A stretch of DNA of 64,000 nt. Origin: Clostridia bacterium (lineage in GTDB: Bacteria; Bacillota; Clostridia; Christensenellales; CAG-917). The notes beneath the pieces are model-generated. The model did not search any database. It was given only the letters and a program-made list of their open reading frames with translations, and had not been told where the DNA came from. Of the stretch, positions 41,929 to 49,912 are shown one piece after another; within the stretch, counting starts at the first letter, position 1; every line of letters begins with the position of its first letter. The stretch covers positions 23,587 through 87,586 of the forward strand of contig JAZLBO010000018.1 in assembly GCA_045613765.1 (NCBI GenBank), written 5' to 3'. Both the position numbers and the translations under genes were made by a program.

Positions 41929-42825
41929 ATGTACGACCTTTTGATACTTGGCGCAGGCCCTGCAGGGCTTACGGCAGGAATTTACGGAGCAAGGGGTGGA
42001 CTGAAAACTGTCATCATTGAAAGAAAATCTTTTGGTGGACAAGCAGCCATTACACCCGAAATTGAAAACTTCCCGGGATACCAAAATATTGACGGATTTA
42101 CCCTTACTTTCAATATGCAAGACCAAGCAAAAAAGCAAGGCGTAGAGTTTTTATACGACGAAGTTGAAGACGTGATTTTGGACGGCGAAATCAAGGTTGT
42201 CAAGACAAAAAATAGCGGGGAAATCTCTGCAAAAACTCTCATTATCGCCTGTGGTGCAGAAGCAAAAAAACTTGGCGTTGACCGTGAAATTGATTTGATT
42301 GGAAAAGGCGTCAGTTACTGCGCAACTTGTGACGGCAGATTTTTCAAAAATAGACCCGTTGCCGTTGTCGGTGGTGGAAATACTGCAGTTGAAGACGCTC
42401 TGTATCTTGGCAATTTTGCAAGTGAAGTTTATCTTATCCACAGACGTGACACCCTGCGTGCAAGCAAGGTTTTGGGAGATAAATTGGCATCATCAAAAGT
42501 GAAGATTTTGTGGGATAGCGTTGTTGAAGGACTTGACGGCGATCCCCTTGAAAAAATACTCGTAAAAAATGTAAAAACCAATGAAAATACATCTATTGAT
42601 GTAAACTGCTTATTTGTTGCAGTTGGACAAACACCATCTTCTGCCCTATTTGATGGCAAAATTGCAATGGAAAACGGCTATGTTCTCGCAGATGAAAATA
42701 TGGCAACCAACGTGAAAGGAGTTTTTGTCGCAGGGGATATTCGCAAAACACCCCTAAGACAAATCATCACTGCCTGCGCAGACGGAGCAATCGCAGCCGA
42801 CAGCGCAATAAAATATTTGATGTAA
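41929..42825 (+). CDS. trxB: Thioredoxin reductase
   Basis: GAGPAGL, GVSYCATCDG, VGGGNTA, AGDI. Confidence 0.95.
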   Translation: MYDLLILGAGPAGLTAGIYGARGGLKTVIIERKSFGGQAAITPEIENFPGYQNIDGFTLTFNMQDQAKKQGVEFLYDEVEDVILDGEIKVVKTKNSGEISAKTLIIACGAEAKKLGVDREIDLIGKGVSYCATCDGRFFKNRPVAVVGGGNTAVEDALYLGNFASEVYLIHRRDTLRASKVLGDKLASSKVKILWDSVVEGLDGDPLEKILVKNVKTNENTSIDVNCLFVAVGQTPSSALFDGKIAMENGYVLADENMATNVKGVFVAGDIRKTPLRQIITACADGAIAADSAIKYLM

Positions 42826-42843
42826 TCAAAAAATCAATCAATG

Positions 42844-42870
42844 AAAAAGCACTCATTTGAGTGCTTTTTT
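42844..42870 (+). terminator. Intrinsic terminator after trxB
   Basis: AAAAAGCACTC-attt-GAGTGCTTTTTT. Confidence 0.8.
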
Positions 42871-42908
42871 AATGAATAAATAATAGTGAAAAGTGAAGAA
42901 GTGTGGTT

Positions 42909-43068
42909 TGAACCAAAGGTGCATAAATTGAAGGCAAAGCCTTCATGCAATGCCTACGGCATGATTTCTCGCTACGCTCCATGATTTGACACAAAGTGTC
43001 ATGAATTGACGTTTACACGTCATGATTTCTCACTTCGTTCCATGAATTGCACCAAAGGTGCATTGTGG
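42909..43068 (-). repeat. Array of 8 variable mini-hairpin modules (~20-nt period)
   Basis: CATGAATT/CATGATTT-type linkers at 42922, 42944, 42960, 42980, 43000, 43021 and 43041; terminal CATTGTGG at 43061. Confidence 0.85.
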
Positions 43069-43074
43069 AAAAGT

Positions 43075-43250
43075 CTCCATCTTTGAGGGAGGTGGCACGG
43101 CTTGTCCGTGACGGAAGGAGTGGTAAAACTTTGATAGTTTCAAATGAAAAATGAAGAATGAAACGTTGCTATGCAACATTGTGGTTGATGAGTACCTGTC
43201 GCACTCTCCCCCAGTTACCTATGGCAACAGCCCCCTCCCAGAGTGGGCCT
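43075..43250. repeat. Two imperfect palindromic elements in opposite orientation
   Basis: CTCCATCTTTGAGGGAGGTGGCACGG-cttgt-CCGTGACGGAAGGAG (43075-43120) and ACTCTCCCCCAGTTACCTATGGCAACAGCCCCCTCCCAGAGTGGGCC (43203-43249). Confidence 0.5.
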
Positions 43251-43253
43251 TTT

Positions 43254-43405
43254 CGGGAGATTCGTGAATCTCCCCTACAGGGGTGTATAAGTCATAACTC
43301 TACATAGTTGACACAACAACACTTTGCCAACAATTTGATGTGGATTTTTATTTATTCGGTGGTATTACTTTGGATTTACCATAGGGGCGATTCACGAATC
43401 GCCCG
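43254..43405. repeat. Inverted pair of GTAG-type REPs (REPIN-like)
   Basis: Minus GTAGGGGAGATTCACGAATCTCCCG (43254-78) and plus ATAGGGGCGATTCACGAATCGCCCG (43381-405). Confidence 0.75.
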
Positions 43406-43417
43406 ATACAATTTCTA

Positions 43418-43525
43418 CCACAATGTCCGTAGGACAATTCATGAAAACTTCTTTTCAATTCATGGAGCAATAGCGAGAATACATGACACAAAGTGTCAAT
43501 TCATGCAATCTTTATTGCAATTTAT
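43418..43525 (+). repeat. Second mini-hairpin array (5 modules), opposite orientation
   Basis: CCACAA-TGTCCGTAGGACA-ATTCA-TGAAAACTTCTTTTCA-ATTCA-TGGAGCAATAGCGAGA-ATACA-TGACACAAAGTGTCA-ATTCA-TGCAATCTTTATTGCA-ATTTAT. Confidence 0.85.
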
Positions 43526-43544
43526 TATTAATATGCAACCATGA

Positions 43545-44012
43545 AAAACTGCGCTATTTAGATGGATGACGAGAAAGAAAAACCCACACGGCTATTGAAA
43601 CAAAAAAGCAATATTGTGATGAGTGATGCGAAAAGCCCCATATATAACGACTGACGTGTACTTGTTGTACATGAAGGTGGAATATATTGGGCTTGCCAAA
43701 ATCAATCGCGCATTGGTGCTTCATAAAACTGTGATATTTAGATGCATATCGAGAAAAGAAAAAGTCCACGGATAGGAGCATACTTGGTGTATGTGACTAC
43801 TCGTGGGACTTGAACTTGCCGAAGATAGGCGCTAAAAATAGCGCAAATTTATGTGGTATATGTTCGCTCTCTGCCAATTTAGAAACGTGTAAAACTGCGA
43901 TATTTAGATGGATGACAAGAAAGAAAAACCCACACGGGTCGTGGCGTACTTGTTGTACGTGAGAATCGTGTGGGTGCATCTGCCGAAGTCAGGCGCTAAA
44001 TAGCGCAGTTTT
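43545..44012. repeat. Cluster of ~115-125-nt structured repeats (partial 43545-92; full 43608-719, 43725-850, 43891-44012)
   Basis: Terminal inverted repeats AAAACTGCG(A/C)TATTTAG...CTAAATAGCGCAGTTTT; shared RTAC-TTGNN-GTAYRTGA core hairpin. Confidence 0.8.
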
Positions 44013-44023
44013 GCCTAAAATGT

Positions 44024-44111
44024 AAAGAGTGTTGGGGCTTAGCCATCCAACACTCTCTACTTATGATAAGGGGGAAAATTATGAGTTAGTTTGGGACAAT
44101 CATTAGATTGT
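44024..44111 (-). ncRNA. Candidate ~88-nt sRNA with a C-rich (UUUUCCCCCUU) single-stranded motif
   Basis: TTGACA-17-TAAGAT promoter with extended TG (44118-46); 5' hairpin ACAATC-taat-GATTGT; terminator-like AGAGTGTTGG...CCAACACTCT-TT; no credible ORF. Confidence 0.55.
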
Positions 44112-44223
44112 ACTCATATCTTATCATTGACACCCCGTTATGTCAATACTTTTTGTGATATTTTTTTCAAAATTTTTCAATTTTTTCCAAATTTCTTACA
44201 AAAAATACTTTTTTTTCTAAAAA

Positions 44224-45507
44224 TTATTTGGTTTTTTGTAAGTTTTTGAAGAATTCCAACTCTTGTAGCAGTTTTGAGCAATCTAAACGATTATCATACA
44301 CTTCAACCGATATTCTAATCACACTTTCTGTGCCACTTGGACGCACTATAACCCTACCCTTTTTGCCAATTTGCTCTACAAATTTGCACATTTTCTGTTG
44401 AAAATCATCACTGGCATAGGTGCTCTTTGGATTTTGAACATCTAAATTGTAGTTTTCCGTCCTATATTCTCGTGATTTTTTCAAAAACCCATTGATATAT
44501 CCTTCCAAAAACGTCAATGCCGTAATAACGCCATCTCCCATATCTGCTTTGTCGCCAATTATGATATGCCCGCTCTTTTCTCCACCCAAAATTGCGCCCG
44601 TATCTTTCATAACTTTTGCCACATACTTATCCCCCACGTCAGCACGGTGCAATTTGATTTTTTGCTTTTCAAGAGCCTTTTCCACCCCACTACCCGTCAT
44701 AATTGTGCCAACCACATTGTTTGATCCACGAGATTTGGACTTGTAATATGATGCGATATTATATAAAATTTGGTCGCCGTCATAGACTTTGCCATCAACC
44801 ACTGCAAGCACTCTATCTCCGTCGCCGTCAAAAGAAAAGCCTACACCCCTATCGGTCATTTGCCCCAAAAGGTTGTCAAGGCAGGTCGCACCACACCCCA
44901 CGTTTATTTTGTCCCCTTCATAATCGTTGCATATTGCCACAACGTCTGCCCCCAAGGTTTCAAAAATATCCTTTGCAATATAAGAAAAACATCCGTGAGC
45001 AGTGTCAAGATATATTTGTCTGTCAAGGACACCCAAGTTCAAGTGTTGAAACATAGAAATCACGTGCCTTTTGTATTCCCTTGATGCGCCACTATTGAGC
45101 CGAACAATACCACTGCCCTTATTTTCACAAGACTGCCAGTTGTCAAGTGCATTGTCAAGATTAAGTTCATCTTCTTCACTCAACTTGCCATTTTCACCCA
45201 TAACTTTCAAGCCGTTGTACTCAGGTGGATTGTGAGATGCAGTGATCATAACGCCACAAGGAATACCCTTTGACTTCATTGTATAAGCAAGGGCAGGTGT
45301 CGGCAAAACCCCCGTGATATGCACCTCTGCACCACCTTCAAGCAACCCACGAACAAGTTGCTTTTCTATGTCAAAAGATGACGTCCGTGTATCCCTTGCC
45401 ACTGCCACAATTTTGTGTCTGCTTGCAAGGACAACGCCGAGAGGATATGCCATGTCAAATATTTGCTTGTGATGATTTCTTATTCCGTCTGTGCCAAAAT
45501 GTTTCAT
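44224..45507 (-). CDS. glmM: Phosphoglucosamine mutase (divergent)
   Basis: FGTDGIR, ITASHNPPEYNGLK, FDGDGDR, VGDKYV, GGEKSGH, VRPSGTE. Confidence 0.85.
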   Translation of the reverse strand: MKHFGTDGIRNHHKQIFDMAYPLGVVLASRHKIVAVARDTRTSSFDIEKQLVRGLLEGGAEVHITGVLPTPALAYTMKSKGIPCGVMITASHNPPEYNGLKVMGENGKLSEEDELNLDNALDNWQSCENKGSGIVRLNSGASREYKRHVISMFQHLNLGVLDRQIYLDTAHGCFSYIAKDIFETLGADVVAICNDYEGDKINVGCGATCLDNLLGQMTDRGVGFSFDGDGDRVLAVVDGKVYDGDQILYNIASYYKSKSRGSNNVVGTIMTGSGVEKALEKQKIKLHRADVGDKYVAKVMKDTGAILGGEKSGHIIIGDKADMGDGVITALTFLEGYINGFLKKSREYRTENYNLDVQNPKSTYASDDFQQKMCKFVEQIGKKGRVIVRPSGTESVIRISVEVYDNRLDCSKLLQELEFFKNLQKTK

Positions 45508-45784
45508 ACGTCAATATATGCGCCCACTTTCCACTTGTGTCATTGCACGGAAATATACACAGCATTTTCTCTTTCATCAAAGATCTCTTGACTTGACAAA
45601 TAAAATTATAAAACGGCAAAACACATATTTTATCAATGCAAATATGTAATATAAACCCATTATTTTGCCATTTGGTTGATTTTGAAAAAATATGTCTTCA
45701 AATAATCTTGAAATTATTGAACATTTGGTGTATCATATTCTATATCAAAAAATAGCGCGCACGCGTATATATAAGGATGGAATT

Positions 45785-47527
45785 ATGGCAAAAAAAGTAA
45801 AAGAACCAAAGGTTGTTGTACACGATCCCGATGCCATACCATTTAATGAGCAACTTGCCTACGGGGCAGGTGCTTTTATGGATGGTGGTGGCGTTGCTCT
45901 CATGGCTTGCATTTTGGTCAAATATATGACCTCATTGGGCATTGCCTTTGCAGTGGCATCAACAATTTTTATGGTGGCAAAATTCTGGGATGCAATCAGT
46001 GATCCTATCATGGGTTTCATTTCAGACAACACTCGATCCAAGTTTGGCCGTCGCAAACCCTATTTGCTTATTGGTGGCATTGCAACCATAGTCGGCTTGT
46101 TCTTGCTCTTTGCACCTATCAAAGAGTGGGGTATGACTCAAGGTGGCATGATTGCATACTTGGTTGTAATGTATCTTGTATGGAACACCATTTCAACAAT
46201 ATCTCAAGTGCCTTACTGCTCTCTTGCAGGAGATATTTCTCCTTCCTTCCAAGCAAGAAATGATGCAAATACAATCAAACTTGTGTTCAGTGCAGCAGGC
46301 GCAGGTCTTGCATACATAATCCCCTTGCTCGTCCTTGAAGCATACACTCTCCCTGCAGGCGAGGCATTGCTCCCTTCAATCAATGCATACGAGTTTTGGG
46401 TTATCATCACGGTTGTATTTGGCGTTCTCTTTGGTGGTGGCTTGATTATCTCTGCTTTCAAAGTCAAAGAGAGAATTCAACCTACAACCCCCAAGGAAAA
46501 GTTTAATTTCAAGCAATTTGTCAAAGGATATGCAGGCCCTTTCAAAAACAAGTCTTTCCGTTGGCACATTGGTATGTATGCAAGTTCATTTGCTTGCGCA
46601 GATATGCTCTCTGCCCTTGCAGTGTACTACGCAACTGACGTTTGGCACGGATATACTCTTGCAATCGGTGGATTTGAAATCAACTTCTCAAGTATGCTCA
46701 TTGTTGCTCCCCTTATGGTTGCAGCAGTGGTTGCCTTCCCCATCGTAAGATATGCAATGAATAAGAAGACAAAGCAATTTGCCTTCCGTATTGGCTTGCC
46801 TTTCTATATTGTTGGTGGCATACTCCTTGCAGTTATGGATCCTTCTTGGACACCCCCTATCCTTGTTCCTATTATCGCATTTTTGATGGGTCTTGGCTTT
46901 GGTGGTGCACAAATGATGCCTTGGATCATCTTTGCAGACACCGTTGACGTTGCAGAATTTGCAACAGGCGAGCGTCCCACTGCATCATACTCCGGCATGA
47001 TGACCTTGGTGAGAAAGGTTGCCGGCGCATTGAGTGTTGGTATGATTGGTTGGATTCTTGACCCTATCGGCTATATCGAATCAAACGGCGCAGCAGATTA
47101 CATTGTCCAATCAGACAGAGTTCTTCTTGCAATTCGTCTGCTCATGGGCATTTCAATCGCATCACTCATTGCAGTGTCCTTGTTCTCATCATTTAAGTTC
47201 AAAGTCAACAACAAGAAACTTGAACGTATGCGCTACTTCATTGATCTCAACCGTGAAGGCAAACTTGCAGACATAACCGAAGAAGAAAAGGCAGAAAGAG
47301 ATGCTCTCATCAAGGAACTTTACGGGGGCAACGTGACAACTCGCATTTACACAAAGGAAGAAGTGGAAGAAATGAAGCGTCTTCAAGAAGAAATGCAAGG
47401 CGAAGACACAGACAATGAAAGTGTCAACGCAAGCGAAGACGCTGAAAACACAGAAACTGCAGAAAACCAAGTTGCAGACACAGAAGAAACCCACGCCGAA
47501 GAAGTGGCAGTGATGGTAGAGGAATAA
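45785..47527 (+). CDS. MFS transporter, glycoside-pentoside-hexuronide (GPH) family
   Basis: WDAISDPIMGFISDNTRSKFGRRKPY, ADTVDVAEFATGER, ~12 TM; start taken at MAKKVKE. Confidence 0.9.
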   Translation: MAKKVKEPKVVVHDPDAIPFNEQLAYGAGAFMDGGGVALMACILVKYMTSLGIAFAVASTIFMVAKFWDAISDPIMGFISDNTRSKFGRRKPYLLIGGIATIVGLFLLFAPIKEWGMTQGGMIAYLVVMYLVWNTISTISQVPYCSLAGDISPSFQARNDANTIKLVFSAAGAGLAYIIPLLVLEAYTLPAGEALLPSINAYEFWVIITVVFGVLFGGGLIISAFKVKERIQPTTPKEKFNFKQFVKGYAGPFKNKSFRWHIGMYASSFACADMLSALAVYYATDVWHGYTLAIGGFEINFSSMLIVAPLMVAAVVAFPIVRYAMNKKTKQFAFRIGLPFYIVGGILLAVMDPSWTPPILVPIIAFLMGLGFGGAQMMPWIIFADTVDVAEFATGERPTASYSGMMTLVRKVAGALSVGMIGWILDPIGYIESNGAADYIVQSDRVLLAIRLLMGISIASLIAVSLFSSFKFKVNNKKLERMRYFIDLNREGKLADITEEEKAERDALIKELYGGNVTTRIYTKEEVEEMKRLQEEMQGEDTDNESVNASEDAENTETAENQVADTEETHAEEVAVMVEE

Positions 47528-47529
47528 TT

Positions 47530-47820
47530 ATGGTAAAACACATGGTTTTATTCAAACTCAAAGACAACTCTCTTGAAAATTGTCTTAAAGCAAAAGAGGT
47601 TCTTCTCTCAATGGAAGGCAACGTGCCCGAACTTCGCTCAATAGAAGTGGGTGTTGACTTTCTTCACAGCGAGCGCAGTTATGACATTGCATTGACAGTG
47701 ATCGTTGACGACAAGGACGCTCTTGAAAGATATCAAAACGATCCTTATCACTGCTCTGTTGTCAAAACACACATGCACGCCGTACGCTTGTCATCTGTGG
47801 CTCTTGACTACGAGTTTTAG
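47530..47820 (+). CDS. Dabb-family (stress-responsive A/B barrel) protein
   Basis: MVKHMVLFKLKD...IEVGVD...SYDIAL...YQNDPYH. Confidence 0.85.
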   Translation: MVKHMVLFKLKDNSLENCLKAKEVLLSMEGNVPELRSIEVGVDFLHSERSYDIALTVIVDDKDALERYQNDPYHCSVVKTHMHAVRLSSVALDYEF

Positions 47821-47900
47821 GCACACAACACAAAGTTGCAGCCAATGTGTCTACACAAAATAGGCTGAAACAAACGCACGTTTAAAACACAAAATGATAC

Positions 47901-47934
47901 AAAAAAACGAGTATAAATCCTATACTCGTTTTTT
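47901..47934. terminator. Bidirectional intrinsic terminator
   Basis: AAAAAACGAGTATA-aatcc-TATACTCGTTTTTT. Confidence 0.75.
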
Positions 47935-47969
47935 ATTGCAAATTTTCGTATTTTGACTGAAAAATGTGT

Positions 47970-49817
47970 TTATCTGGCAAGTTTTTGAAGATAAACTATG
48001 AGTACTGCAATATCTGCAGGAGAAACACCACTTATTCTTGATGCTTGACCAAGGTTTAAGGGGCGCACTTTGTCAAGTTTTTGACGTGCTTCAATGCGCA
48101 ATGCTTTTATGGTGGAATAGTCTATGTCTTCGGGCAAAAGTTTGTCTTCAAGACGCTTTTGCTCACGGACAATTCCGTCTTCCTTTTCAAGATAGCCAGA
48201 GTATCTGCACTCAATGATTACGCTGTTGAGAGCCTCGTCATCACAGTCAAACGAAAGCAATCCTTTCACGTCTTCTGCAACGGCATTGGGACGTTTCATA
48301 AGGTCATTGATGGTGGGTGTCTTTCTTGCGATAGGCTCATCCCACTTTGTGAGAATTTGGTCTGCAAGTTCCTTTGGCACAGTCTTTGATGACTCTTTGA
48401 TTATTTGTGCCATTTGTTCTTTTTTGGCTTGCAACACGGCATATCTTTCTTCACTGACAATGCCGAGTTCATATCCAAGTTCCGTAAGGCGCATATCTGC
48501 ATTGTCTTGACGGAGTTTGATACGGTGCTCTGCCCTTGCAGTCATCATACGATACGGCTCGTTTGTTCCTTTTGTCACAAGGTCATCAATAAGCACACCA
48601 ATATATGCTTGATCACGGCGAAGAACAAAGGGTGTTTTGCCTTCTATCTTGCGCACGGCATTGATGCCTGCCATAAGCCCTTGTGCCCCTGCTTCTTCGT
48701 AGCCACTGCTGCCGTTGATTTGTCCTGCAGAGAACAAGTTTTCCACCACTTTGCTTTCAAGAGATGGCTTTAATGCAAGGGGATCTATGCAATCATACTC
48801 AATGGCATAGGCATACTTTGCAAAACGGCAGTTTTCAAGGCCGGGCAACGTGCGATACATCTTTTCTTGCACGTCGTGGGGCAATGAACTGGACATACCT
48901 TGTATATACATCTCATCACTGCCAAGTCCTTCGGGCTCAACAAAGATTTGATGGCGAGATTTATCCTTAAAGCGCACCACTTTATCCTCAATACTGGGGC
49001 AATATCTTGGGCCAACACCACTTATACTGCCGTTGTACAAAGGACTGCGATGGATATTGTCAAGGATAATCTTGTGTGTTTCTTCGTTGGTGTATGTGAG
49101 ATAGCAAGGTTCTTCCTTGAAGACGGACACCTTTGACATAAATGAGAATCTGTCTGTGTTTTCTCCAAGTTGAATTTCCATCTTTGAAAAATCAATGCTA
49201 TCACGATATATTCTTGCAGGTGTGCCTGTCTTAAATCTGCGCATGGGCAAACCCAACTCAACAAGGTTATCTGTGAGTTTGGTTGCAGGTGCATATCCAC
49301 TTGGGCCACTTGAAAGGGTATATTCCCCAGTGATGATACGTCCGTTGAGATAAACCCCAGATGCAATGATCACTGCCCTTGCAGAAAAACTATCCCCGCC
49401 TGCAAATTCAACACCACTTGCCTTGCCGTCAGTTGTAAGGATCTTGACTGCCTCGCCTTCATAGACGGTTATATTGGGGTTGCTCTGCAACTTTTCAAGC
49501 ATAATCTCGTGGTAGAGATTTTTGTCTTGTTGTCCACGAAGTGAATACACTGCAGGGCCTTTGGCACGATTGAGCATCTTAATCTGCACAAGTGATTGGT
49601 CTGCAGAAAGCCCCATCTCTCCACCGAGAGCGTCAATCTCACGGACGAGATGACCTTTGGCAGTGCCACCGATTGCAGGATTGCACGCCATATATGAAAC
49701 AGTGCCCAAATCTGTACAGGAAAGCAAAACTTGTTTTCCAAGTCTTGCAACGGCAAAAGCCGATTCCACTCCTGCGTGGCCTGCCCCTATAACTATGACG
49801 TCAAACTTTGTTTCCAT
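47970..49817 (-). CDS. mnmG: tRNA U34 carboxymethylaminomethyl modification enzyme MnmG
   Basis: GAGHAG, CNPAIGG, RFKTGTP, GPRYCPSIEDK, AGQINGSSGYEEA. Confidence 0.98.
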   Translation of the reverse strand: METKFDVIVIGAGHAGVESAFAVARLGKQVLLSCTDLGTVSYMACNPAIGGTAKGHLVREIDALGGEMGLSADQSLVQIKMLNRAKGPAVYSLRGQQDKNLYHEIMLEKLQSNPNITVYEGEAVKILTTDGKASGVEFAGGDSFSARAVIIASGVYLNGRIITGEYTLSSGPSGYAPATKLTDNLVELGLPMRRFKTGTPARIYRDSIDFSKMEIQLGENTDRFSFMSKVSVFKEEPCYLTYTNEETHKIILDNIHRSPLYNGSISGVGPRYCPSIEDKVVRFKDKSRHQIFVEPEGLGSDEMYIQGMSSSLPHDVQEKMYRTLPGLENCRFAKYAYAIEYDCIDPLALKPSLESKVVENLFSAGQINGSSGYEEAGAQGLMAGINAVRKIEGKTPFVLRRDQAYIGVLIDDLVTKGTNEPYRMMTARAEHRIKLRQDNADMRLTELGYELGIVSEERYAVLQAKKEQMAQIIKESSKTVPKELADQILTKWDEPIARKTPTINDLMKRPNAVAEDVKGLLSFDCDDEALNSVIIECRYSGYLEKEDGIVREQKRLEDKLLPEDIDYSTIKALRIEARQKLDKVRPLNLGQASRISGVSPADIAVLIVYLQKLAR

Positions 49818-49912
49818 GCTTTTCTCTATGGTAGATTATTATATCGTTGATTTGTGTTTTATTGATGTGTTTTGCTTGTCCGTTTTGTTGTTGTATATGC
49901 GTTTCAACACAC

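Noticed and set aside
17796-42870. Three similar (G)GCACTC-loop-GAGTGC(C) hairpins (17796, 31961, 42844) as a mobile repeat
   Set aside because: Each sits at a gene end with A/T tails and is adequately explained as an intrinsic terminator.
42909-43525. CRISPR array
   Set aside because: The constant part is only ~8 nt, the variable parts are 8-14 nt self-complementary hairpins, and no cas genes are present.
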